From Ignavibacteriota bacterium (GTDB lineage: Bacteria; Bacteroidota; Ignavibacteria; UBA10030): a stretch of DNA of 64,000 nt. Position 1 is the stretch's first letter, and each line of letters starts with the position of its first letter. Positions 32,489 through 41,191 of this stretch are shown here, in pieces. The translations under genes were made by a program, and so were the position numbers. Location of the stretch: NCBI GenBank assembly GCA_963701295.1, contig OY969585.1, positions 1,824,001-1,888,000 on the forward strand. The letters run 5' to 3'. Below the pieces are notes generated by a model. It did not search any database. It saw only the letters and a program-made list of their open reading frames with translations, and was not told the DNA's origin.

Positions 32489-33484
32489 ATGAAGGTTCTA
32501 TTTATTGGTGGTACCGGAAATATCAGCACAACAGTCAGCACACAAGCAGTCACTCGTGGAATAGAATTGTATCTGCTCAATCGCGGTAAAAGAGGTTTAA
32601 CAATTCCTGGTACAAAATCGATTATTGGAGATATCAATCGACGTGAGGATATAGAATCTGTTTTGAAAGGGCATACGTGGGATGTGGTTGTTAACTGGAT
32701 TGCGTTCACGGAGCAAGATATTGTAAGAGATTATGAATTGTTCCGGGGGAGGACGAAGCAATATATATTTATTAGCTCTGCATCGGTATATCAGAAACCG
32801 CTGGCATTTCCTTTCGTCACAGAATCGACACCACTTGCAAATCCGTTCTGGCTATACTCGCGCAATAAAATTGCATGCGAAATGACACTCAATTGCTATT
32901 ATCGGCAGGAACAATTTCCTGTCACAATTGTACGGCCGTCATTAACGTACGATACGGTGATTCCGGTTCCGATCGGAGGCTGGACTGAGTACACGATTAT
33001 CGATAGGATAAAAAAAGGTAAGAAAATCATTGTCCATGGCGACGGAACTTCTTTGTTTACTATTACTCATGCGGATGATTTTGCAAAAGGATTTCTCGGA
33101 CTTTTGGGTCACCAACAAGCAATCGGTGAATCGTTTCATATTACATCCGATGAAATTCTTACTTGGAATCAAATTCATGAAGCTCTTGCAGAAGCGATAG
33201 AGTGTGAAGCTCAGCTTGTGCATATTCCATCTGATACTCTGGCGACATTTGATGAAGATTTACACGGTAGTCTCATCGGTGATAAAGCTACAAGTGTCAT
33301 TTTTGATAATACAAAGATTAAGAGATTTGTTCCGGGCTTTACAGCGAAAATTCCTTTCAAACAGGGCATTCGAAGAACTCTCACATGGTTCGAAGCAGAT
33401 CCTGCGAGACAAGTAATTCGAAAAGAAACAAATGCTTGGATGGATAAGATCATCAATCAATATGAGAAAGCTTTCAATCCCTAA
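32489..33484 (+). CDS. NAD-dependent epimerase/dehydratase (atypical SDR)
   Basis: GGTGNIS, FISSASVY, YSRNK. Confidence 0.88.
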   Translation: MKVLFIGGTGNISTTVSTQAVTRGIELYLLNRGKRGLTIPGTKSIIGDINRREDIESVLKGHTWDVVVNWIAFTEQDIVRDYELFRGRTKQYIFISSASVYQKPLAFPFVTESTPLANPFWLYSRNKIACEMTLNCYYRQEQFPVTIVRPSLTYDTVIPVPIGGWTEYTIIDRIKKGKKIIVHGDGTSLFTITHADDFAKGFLGLLGHQQAIGESFHITSDEILTWNQIHEALAEAIECEAQLVHIPSDTLATFDEDLHGSLIGDKATSVIFDNTKIKRFVPGFTAKIPFKQGIRRTLTWFEADPARQVIRKETNAWMDKIINQYEKAFNP

Positions 33485-33547
33485 GAAATATGAATATAAG
33501 TTCATGAGATTATTATAAAAAACTTATCTGTGAGAAAGGGTTGCTCC

Positions 33548-35671
33548 ATGTATAAATATATGATTCTCTTTATAGTATTGTCGATTGCCTTTTTTATTTT
33601 TTACTCTCAGATGAAAAGTCAATCCATCCAAAAGGAGAAAGAACAATTTCAACCGCTCTCTTACAAACTAGCCGATGCAAAAGCCGATTCTATACTAACG
33701 TTGATGACACAAGATGAAAAAATTTCCATTGTAGAAGGTGATAGGTTCTTTTTTATCAGACCGATCCCGCGATTAAATTTTCCCGAAGTATATATGACAG
33801 ATGCTACACAAGGCGTTCACATCAGGGAAGATCCCAGTAATAATGACTTGACAAAATACCAATTAGAAAAATCCACCGCTTTTCCCTGCCCTATATCGTT
33901 AGCGGCTACTTGGAATCCCAAACTCTCCTATCGGTATGCAGAAGCTGTCGGTGAAGAATGTCGAGCTGGAGGTATTGGTATTTTATTGGGGCCTGGCATG
34001 AATAGTTATCGTGTATCTCAGTGCGGTAGAAATTTTGAGTATTTTGGAGAAGACCCTTACCTCAGAGCAAGAATGATCAGCGAATACGTGGAAGGAGTGC
34101 AAAGTACAGGTACGATTGCTACATTAAAACACTTCGTGGCAAATAATACAGACTACTATAGAAGAAGAAGCAATTCTATCCTCGACGAGAGAACTCTCAA
34201 TGAGATCTATCTGCCGCCTTTTAAAGCCGGAATAGATGCGGGAGCTCAGGCAGTTATGACATCCTACAATATGTTGAACGGAGAATGGTGTGGGCAAAGT
34301 AAATACGTTATCAATAGAATCTTACGAAAACAATTAGGTTTTCAAGGATTGGTTATGACAGATTGGTGGTCTGTGTATGACGGTGAAAAACTTGTAAAAT
34401 CTGGTCAGGATTTGGAAATGCCTTATGCTGTCGCTCTGAAAGATGCACACCAACTTCTCCAAGAAGGGAAAATAAAGATTGAAGATATCAACAGGATGGC
34501 AAAAAATATTCTTCGAACTTGTTTTATTATGAAATTTGATGACCGGAAAAAATATCTCTCTGATAGTACTCTCTATGGAAACCATGAGTTGATAGCTTTG
34601 CAGACTGCCCGCGAGGGAATTGTTCTCCTCAAGAATGAAAAGAACATACTTCCTCTCCAGGAAGACAAAAAGAAAATACTTGTGACCGGTGATTACGTCG
34701 TAAAAAATGCGATGGGTGGCGGCTCTGCCTTCGTGAAGGGATATAACAATAGACTCATGCTTGATGAACTAAAGAAAGAGTTTGGCGATAGGATACTGTA
34801 TGTGAGGAACCCAAGTCCCGATCAAATACAATCTGCAGATGTTGTGTTGTGTAATATCGGGACGGAAGACAGTGAGGGATGGGATCGATCATTTGCGTTG
34901 CCTGAAGACCAAGAAAAAAAAGTTGAAGATTGCGTCAATAATAATCCCAACACCGTTGTTATCGTTACTTCCGGAAGCGGCATTCGAATGATGGATTGGA
35001 ATAATAAAGCGAGAGCAATTCTCTATGCATGGTATGGCGGGCAAACTGGGAACAAAGCGTTAGTTGAAATTTTGGCAGGAAAAACAAACCCGTCAGGGAA
35101 GTTGCCGATAACTATCGAGAAAGAATTTAAAGATTCACCGGGATATGGATATATCCCTGAAGGCGAGACATTGTATCAAGGGTGGCATGAAAAAGAAGAA
35201 AAAGCACATCCGTTGTACGATATTCGTTATACCGAAGGGATATTTGTTGGTTATCGGTGGTATGAAATAAAGAATATTGAACCGTTGTATCCTTTTGGAT
35301 TTGGACTTTCTTACACATCATTTGAGTACAGCGATCTTGCGGTAGGAACGGATATATTCCATGATCAAGGAACGGTCAAGGTAAGCGTTACTGTAAAGAA
35401 TGTCGGAAATAGAAGGGGTTTAGAAACGGTCCAATTGTATGTTCAAGATGTGGAATGTACTGTTCCGCGTCCATTGAAAGAGCTCAAGGGATTTACAAAA
35501 GTGGATTTGGAACCAGGACAAAGCAAGAATGTTGTGATAGAATTGACAACAAAGGATTTTTCATTCTGGAACCCGAAGACAAAAGATTGGTTTTTCGAAA
35601 AAGGGACATTCGTGATTCAGGTCGGCTCATCGTCAAAAGAAATAAAAGTACAGAAGCAAATAGAATTGTGA
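33548..35671 (+). CDS. Beta-glucosidase, GH3, with Fn3-like domain
   Basis: GRNFEYFGEDP, KHF, MTSYN, VMTDW, PSGKLP and YPFGFGLSYT motifs. Confidence 0.95.
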   Translation: MYKYMILFIVLSIAFFIFYSQMKSQSIQKEKEQFQPLSYKLADAKADSILTLMTQDEKISIVEGDRFFFIRPIPRLNFPEVYMTDATQGVHIREDPSNNDLTKYQLEKSTAFPCPISLAATWNPKLSYRYAEAVGEECRAGGIGILLGPGMNSYRVSQCGRNFEYFGEDPYLRARMISEYVEGVQSTGTIATLKHFVANNTDYYRRRSNSILDERTLNEIYLPPFKAGIDAGAQAVMTSYNMLNGEWCGQSKYVINRILRKQLGFQGLVMTDWWSVYDGEKLVKSGQDLEMPYAVALKDAHQLLQEGKIKIEDINRMAKNILRTCFIMKFDDRKKYLSDSTLYGNHELIALQTAREGIVLLKNEKNILPLQEDKKKILVTGDYVVKNAMGGGSAFVKGYNNRLMLDELKKEFGDRILYVRNPSPDQIQSADVVLCNIGTEDSEGWDRSFALPEDQEKKVEDCVNNNPNTVVIVTSGSGIRMMDWNNKARAILYAWYGGQTGNKALVEILAGKTNPSGKLPITIEKEFKDSPGYGYIPEGETLYQGWHEKEEKAHPLYDIRYTEGIFVGYRWYEIKNIEPLYPFGFGLSYTSFEYSDLAVGTDIFHDQGTVKVSVTVKNVGNRRGLETVQLYVQDVECTVPRPLKELKGFTKVDLEPGQSKNVVIELTTKDFSFWNPKTKDWFFEKGTFVIQVGSSSKEIKVQKQIEL

Positions 35672-35879
35672 TGACGGCATTTCTTGAGTGGAGTTGATAT
35701 GCCCAAACAAACAAAAGCCAAAAGTAATGATCTGAAACTGGATTGATATCAAATAAACAGGTATTTTATCAATACAGATTTCTTTTCAACTATAAAAAAC
35801 AGTTTTTGTTGTTCAGCAAAATATGAAAGACTCAGATGAATACATTCATTCATCCATCATGTCACTTTAGGAGAATCCA

Positions 35880-37379
35880 ATGAGTGAACCAACAAGCAAA
35901 TTACATTTAAGGGAAAAGGTCGGTTACGGATTTGGAGATTTAGCTTCTTGCCTATTCTGGGCGACGATCATGTCGCAGCTGCTTTTCTTTTATACAGATG
36001 TATTTGGCTTGACAGGAAGAGCCGCCGGAATAATGTTTTTTGTCTCTAGGATCCTGGATGCTGTTTTTGACGTGGTAATTGGAATGACAGCAGACCGGAC
36101 CAAAAGCCGGTGGGGAAAATTCAGGCCTTATTTATTATGGGGAGCTGTTCCACTGGCCGTTTCAGCTGTGCTGGCTTTTACAACGCCTGAATTTGGAGAA
36201 GTAGGGAAACTCATATATGCCTATGCTACATTTATCCTTTTTATGTTCCTTTATTCTGCAATCAACATCCCTTATACAGCTTTGCTGGGTGTTATCAGCG
36301 GGGATCCTGTCGAAAGAACAAGCGCCTCATCTTTTAAATTCACTGGTGCATATTTAGGCGGTTTTATTGTCTCCGCTACAGTCTTGCCGCTTGCAGCTCA
36401 TTTTGGTCATGAAAGTGTCGCAAAAGGATGGCAGATGACAATGGGCATTTATGGAATAGCAGCAATTGTTTTCTTTTTTATAACTTTCATTTCGACACAC
36501 GAACGCATTCAACCAATCGCGAAAGAAAAAACATCCATAAAAAACGACCTGAAGGATTTATCGAAAAACGCACCTTGGATGCTGCTGTTTGCAGTGACGA
36601 TTCTTTTTATCCTGTTCGTCTGTATCCGCCTGAGCGTGACCACACACTATTTTAAATATTATATCGGAGAACAGGCCAGCCCGCTGTTGACACAGATTTA
36701 CAACTTCCTCTTGAAATATATTTTGAATCCGTTGTACGGTATTTTCGGGTCTCAAGCGACTCCTTTATTAGACGAGACACATAAGTATGGTTATGAAGTA
36801 TTAACATCCATTTTCAATACCTTGGGGCAAGGAATGTCATTGGTGGGAGTACTTCTGGTCCCATGGTTTACAAAAGTAGTCGGGCGAAAGAGTGCAGTCA
36901 TTATTCTTTTCGTCACTGCATTGATCACCACCGGCTCATTCCATTTCTTAAATCCCGACAACTTAACACTGATTTTTATTCTACAGCTCATCGGCTCAAT
37001 CACTGGAGGCCCAATTTCTGCGCTCCTATGGGTTCTATATGCCGACACGGCTGATCATTCCGAATGGAAAACTGGCAGAAGGGCAACTGGACTTGTCTTT
37101 TCAGCTTCTATCATGTCAACGAAAATCGGATGGGCTGTCGGGAGCATGGTAGCTGCTTTTATTCTGGATCAAACCGGATTCGTAGCCAATGTAGTTCAAA
37201 ACATAAACGTTCAGAATGGCTTGAAAGAGATGATGAGCGTCATACCGGTTGCAATAGGAGTGGTTGCATTAATTATTCTGGCTTTCTTCTATAAATTAGA
37301 TGAACCGACAATGAAGAAAGTCAAAGAGGAACTGGATGCACGACGGAAAGCGAATGATGCGGAACCAAGAATTGTGTAA
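35880..37379 (+). CDS. Glycoside-pentoside-hexuronide (GPH) MFS symporter
   Basis: EKVGYGFGD, DRTKSRWGKFRPY, NIPYTAL and ADTADHSEWKTGRR motifs. Confidence 0.93.
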   Translation: MSEPTSKLHLREKVGYGFGDLASCLFWATIMSQLLFFYTDVFGLTGRAAGIMFFVSRILDAVFDVVIGMTADRTKSRWGKFRPYLLWGAVPLAVSAVLAFTTPEFGEVGKLIYAYATFILFMFLYSAINIPYTALLGVISGDPVERTSASSFKFTGAYLGGFIVSATVLPLAAHFGHESVAKGWQMTMGIYGIAAIVFFFITFISTHERIQPIAKEKTSIKNDLKDLSKNAPWMLLFAVTILFILFVCIRLSVTTHYFKYYIGEQASPLLTQIYNFLLKYILNPLYGIFGSQATPLLDETHKYGYEVLTSIFNTLGQGMSLVGVLLVPWFTKVVGRKSAVIILFVTALITTGSFHFLNPDNLTLIFILQLIGSITGGPISALLWVLYADTADHSEWKTGRRATGLVFSASIMSTKIGWAVGSMVAAFILDQTGFVANVVQNINVQNGLKEMMSVIPVAIGVVALIILAFFYKLDEPTMKKVKEELDARRKANDAEPRIV

Positions 37380-37416
37380 TATGTTCATTTAAAAATAATC
37401 GACGGAGAACTTGAAT

Positions 37417-39810
37417 ATGCAGTATGGATTTTTTGATGATAAAAATAAGGAATATGTCATTAAACGGCCGGATACACCAAGATCATGGAGTAATTATCTT
37501 GGTTCGACAGAATACGGCGCTATTATTACCAATAACGCCGGAGGATATAGTTTTTATCAATCTGCAGCGCAGGGCAGATTTACGCGGCTTCGATTTAACT
37601 CTGTTCCCATGGATCAGCCGGGGCGATATCTCTATATCCATGATAAAGACAGCAAAGATTTTTGGTCTGCTTCTTGGCAGCCAGTCGGGAAATCGCTGAA
37701 GGACTACAAATCAGAATGCCGTCATGGGACTGCGTATACGAAGATCTCTTCAGAGTACTCATCGATTAAAACAGAGACATTATATTTTGTACCGTTGGGT
37801 AAAATGTACGAATGCTGGCTGGTGAAGGTAACAAATACCGGACGGAAAAAAAGGAAGTTGAAATTATTCACGTATGTCGAATATGCAAATAATTGGAGTG
37901 TCTATCAGGATCAAATCAATCTTCAGTACTCCCAATTCATCATGAAGATGAATGTGGTTAATAAGATGATCGACCATGGCACAAATGTTATGATGCCCTA
38001 TGGATCGGAACGAATGGAAGATGCCGAACAAGCGCGTCATTCTTTCTTGGCGTTGAGCGGAGCTCCTGTAAAAGGTTATGATACGGATCGAAATGTATTC
38101 CTTGGATCTTATGGAACATATGCAAACCCGATTGTTGTAGAACAAGGACGCTGCAGGAATTCAATCGCTGTGGGTGATAATGCGTGCGGCGTTTTACAAG
38201 TTGATGTTTCACTCAAGCCCGGTGAATCAAAAGAGCTGGTTGTTCTTATGGGAATTGGTAAGGCAGCAGTCGAAGGCAAGCATGCAGTAAGAGAGTTGGG
38301 GAATCCGGACAAAGTTCGTGAGGAATTTATTAAGCTCAAAACATTCTGGCATTCGCGGTTGCAGGGAATGACCGTTGAGACTCCCGATAAAGAGCTGAAC
38401 AGCATGCTGAATATGTGGAATCCGTACAACTCGCTTATCACGTATGCATGGTCAAGAGCCGCGAGTTTGATTTATACTGGTGAAAGAGACGGCTTAGGGT
38501 ATCGTGATACGGTGCAGGACATGCTCGGCGTCCTCCATACTATTCCCGAAGAGGCAAAAGAGCGCCTTGAACTCATGATTACAGGACAGGTTTCTACGGG
38601 CGGGGCAATGCCTGTCGTCAAACCATTTTCTCACAAACCCGGGAGTGAAAAAGCGCCTGAAGAAAAAGAATATCGTTCCGACGATTGCATGTGGCTTTTT
38701 AATACGATCCCTGCCTATGTCAAAGAAACCGGTGACATTGCATTCTTTCATAAAGTTTTGCCATACTCTGACCAAGGGGAAGATACGGTACTCGGTCATA
38801 TGAGGCGTGCGATTCAATTCACTCATGACCACTCGGGTACGCATGGTTTTCCATGCGGCTTATCTGCAGATTGGAATGACTGTTTGGCCCTCGGCCAAGA
38901 TGGTGAAACGACGTTTGTTGCATTTCAACTTCGATATGCATTGAAAACGTATAAAGAAGTCGCAGAGATGCTGAACAAACCCGACGAATCACTGTGGGCG
39001 GAAGGTCATCTGAAATCTTTGGATGAAAATCTTGAAAAATACGCATGGGATGGCGAGTGGTATTTGCGTGCATATCGTGCTGACGGTTTGAAATTTGGAT
39101 CCAAAGAAAATAAGGAAGCGTCCATTTTCATAGAACCGCAGCCATGGGCAGTCATCAGCGGCCATACTTCCGAAGAACAGTCGAAAAAATTGCTGGATGT
39201 TGTGAACAAACGTTTATCAACAGATTACGGACTTATGCTCTGTGATCCGCCTGTTGAAAGAACCGATCCGCATGTTATTAAAGCAAGATTGTTCAATAAA
39301 GGGATGAAGGAAAATGCTTCTATCTTTCAACATACACAAAGCTGGGTTGTTATTGCAGAGACACTTGTTGGAAGAGGAAACCGCGCCTATGAATACTATC
39401 GCAAGTTCATGCCCTCAGCGTACAATACGAAAGCAGAAATCCGCAACACAGAACCATATGTCTATTGCCAATTCACAAATAGCAAATATAATCCGCGTTA
39501 TGGTGCTTCACGTCTGCCATGGCTGACCGGAACAGCATCGTGGGCGTATTATACCGTGACGCAGTTTATTCTTGGAATTCAGCCTGAGTATTTCGGATTA
39601 AGAATTGATCCCTGTATTCCATCGGATTGGAAAGAAATTAAGATCACAAGAAGATTTAGAAAGAAGAATCTCAATATTACAATTATTAATTCAAGCCGTA
39701 TACAAAAAGGAGTCAAGAAAATAATCATGAACGGCAAGGAAATTGAAGGCAATTTAATTCCCTTAACCCTCATAATGGATAATAATGAAGTGCTTGTTCA
39801 TATGGGATGA
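37417..39810 (+). CDS. GH94 glycoside phosphorylase (cellodextrin/chitobiose-phosphorylase-like)
   Basis: MQYGFFDD...PDTPRSWSNYLG, GYRDTVQD, catalytic ADWNDCL, KENASIF, WLTGTASW. Confidence 0.93.
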   Translation: MQYGFFDDKNKEYVIKRPDTPRSWSNYLGSTEYGAIITNNAGGYSFYQSAAQGRFTRLRFNSVPMDQPGRYLYIHDKDSKDFWSASWQPVGKSLKDYKSECRHGTAYTKISSEYSSIKTETLYFVPLGKMYECWLVKVTNTGRKKRKLKLFTYVEYANNWSVYQDQINLQYSQFIMKMNVVNKMIDHGTNVMMPYGSERMEDAEQARHSFLALSGAPVKGYDTDRNVFLGSYGTYANPIVVEQGRCRNSIAVGDNACGVLQVDVSLKPGESKELVVLMGIGKAAVEGKHAVRELGNPDKVREEFIKLKTFWHSRLQGMTVETPDKELNSMLNMWNPYNSLITYAWSRAASLIYTGERDGLGYRDTVQDMLGVLHTIPEEAKERLELMITGQVSTGGAMPVVKPFSHKPGSEKAPEEKEYRSDDCMWLFNTIPAYVKETGDIAFFHKVLPYSDQGEDTVLGHMRRAIQFTHDHSGTHGFPCGLSADWNDCLALGQDGETTFVAFQLRYALKTYKEVAEMLNKPDESLWAEGHLKSLDENLEKYAWDGEWYLRAYRADGLKFGSKENKEASIFIEPQPWAVISGHTSEEQSKKLLDVVNKRLSTDYGLMLCDPPVERTDPHVIKARLFNKGMKENASIFQHTQSWVVIAETLVGRGNRAYEYYRKFMPSAYNTKAEIRNTEPYVYCQFTNSKYNPRYGASRLPWLTGTASWAYYTVTQFILGIQPEYFGLRIDPCIPSDWKEIKITRRFRKKNLNITIINSSRIQKGVKKIIMNGKEIEGNLIPLTLIMDNNEVLVHMG

Positions 39811-39883
39811 TTTTTTACGAACAGTTCGTTCCGTGTAACGACGAGAGGGATTAACCGTTGTTTTTAACATAGAGGAAAGATAT

Positions 39884-40876
39884 ATGAGCAATATGATTAT
39901 TGGAGATGCATTACCGAATATGCCATGGGAAGAAAAACCAAGGGGATGCAGCGATGTTGTATGGAGATATAGTGGAAATCCTATTATTGGATGGAATCCT
40001 ATACCCAAAGCAGCACGAATATTTAATAGTGCGGTATTGCCGTATAATGGAAAATTTGTAGGAACTTTCCGTGCTGATCAAAAAAATGGCAGAGCAACAT
40101 TGTTTTTTGGAAAGAGCGATGATGCAATTCATTGGGATATTGGGCCGGATCCGATTCATTGGGTTGACGAAAATGGAAAACCCAATCCCATCAGCTATGG
40201 GTATGATCCGAGGTTCGTTAAAATTGAAGACACGTACTATATTGTGTGGTGCGATGATATGCATGGCGCATCCATTGGTCTGGGTAAAACAAAGGACTTC
40301 AAAACATTTATTCGTATGCCCAATCCGTTTATGCCGTATAACAGAAACGGCGTTCTTTTCCCTCGAAAAATAAACGGGAAGTATATGATATTGAGCCGTC
40401 CAAGCGATAGCGGACATACGCCATTCGGAAATATTTATATTAGTGAAAGCCCTGATTTGATCCACTGGGGAAAACATAGATTTGTTATGGGAAATGGCGG
40501 GCAAGGCTGGTGGCAGGGAACGAAAGTCGGCGCTGGACCGATTCCGGTCGAGACAAAAGAAGGTTGGCTCCTTTTCTACCACGGTGTATCGTTTACATGC
40601 AACGGTTTTGTTTACAGTACCGGTGCTGTCATATTGGATATTAATGATCCTGGTAAAGTATTATACAGGACACGTGATTATTTACTCACTCCGGAAAAAC
40701 CTTATGAAACAACCGGATTCGTTCCGAATGTTGCTTTCCCTGGCGGTATTTTGAATGATGCAGCTACTGGAAGAATTGCTCTTTATTATGGCGCTGCTGA
40801 TACCTATACAGCTCTTGCCTTCTGTCAGGTTGATGAACTCATCGATTATATAAAAAAGAATTCAGAGGTATTCTAA
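39884..40876 (+). CDS. GH130 beta-mannoside phosphorylase (GH130_2-like)
   Basis: MPWEEKP, WRYSGNPII, IFNSAV, YDPR, NRNGVLFPRK, RPSDSGHTPFG and YYGAADT motifs. Confidence 0.93.
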   Translation: MSNMIIGDALPNMPWEEKPRGCSDVVWRYSGNPIIGWNPIPKAARIFNSAVLPYNGKFVGTFRADQKNGRATLFFGKSDDAIHWDIGPDPIHWVDENGKPNPISYGYDPRFVKIEDTYYIVWCDDMHGASIGLGKTKDFKTFIRMPNPFMPYNRNGVLFPRKINGKYMILSRPSDSGHTPFGNIYISESPDLIHWGKHRFVMGNGGQGWWQGTKVGAGPIPVETKEGWLLFYHGVSFTCNGFVYSTGAVILDINDPGKVLYRTRDYLLTPEKPYETTGFVPNVAFPGGILNDAATGRIALYYGAADTYTALAFCQVDELIDYIKKNSEVF

Positions 40877-40888
40877 TCCTATACTTCC

Positions 40889-41101
40889 GTGAAGGAATTT
40901 TTTGAATCTTGTGATCAAGAATGCAATAGATTTTCTGTGAACCGGGTTTTTCAGGGAGTGCGTTATAACATCTCGGTGAAGCGGGAAGGCAAAGACAATA
41001 AGGTACGCCGATTGGTCGACGGTCTAGCGGTCGAAGGCAATATTATTCCAAAACCGCCTTCAGGTGTTACTCAAGTTGCAGTTCAAGTATTATTGTCTTA
41101 A
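40889..41101 (+). pseudogene. Fragment resembling the C-terminal domain of a second GH94 phosphorylase
   Basis: FSVNRVFQGVRYNISVKR...VDG..VEGNIIP...VQVLLS parallels IKITRRFRKKNLNITI...MNGKEIEGNLIP...VLVHMG of the upstream GH94. Confidence 0.6.
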
Positions 41102-41135
41102 GTTTAAAAAAGCAGGTACTATGTACTGACAGATT

Positions 41136-41176
41136 TCTCGCATGTTGGCGAATAGCAACATGCGAGATATTTATTT
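41136..41176 (+). terminator. Intrinsic terminator of the phosphorylase operon
   Basis: Perfect 12-bp stem TCTCGCATGTTG/CAACATGCGAGA followed by TATTTATTT. Confidence 0.75.
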
Positions 41177-41191
41177 GGTATAAGAAAGAAT

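Noticed and set aside
31593-33484. 3-keto-glycoside (oxidation-elimination) pathway
   Set aside because: A TIM-barrel isomerase-like gene is present, but no Gfo/Idh/MocA or GMC oxidoreductase or DUF1080 gene was seen nearby
36660-36790. QASPLL...QATPLL loop insertion in the GPH transporter
   Set aside because: Short degenerate repeat in a variable loop; no evidence of a special function
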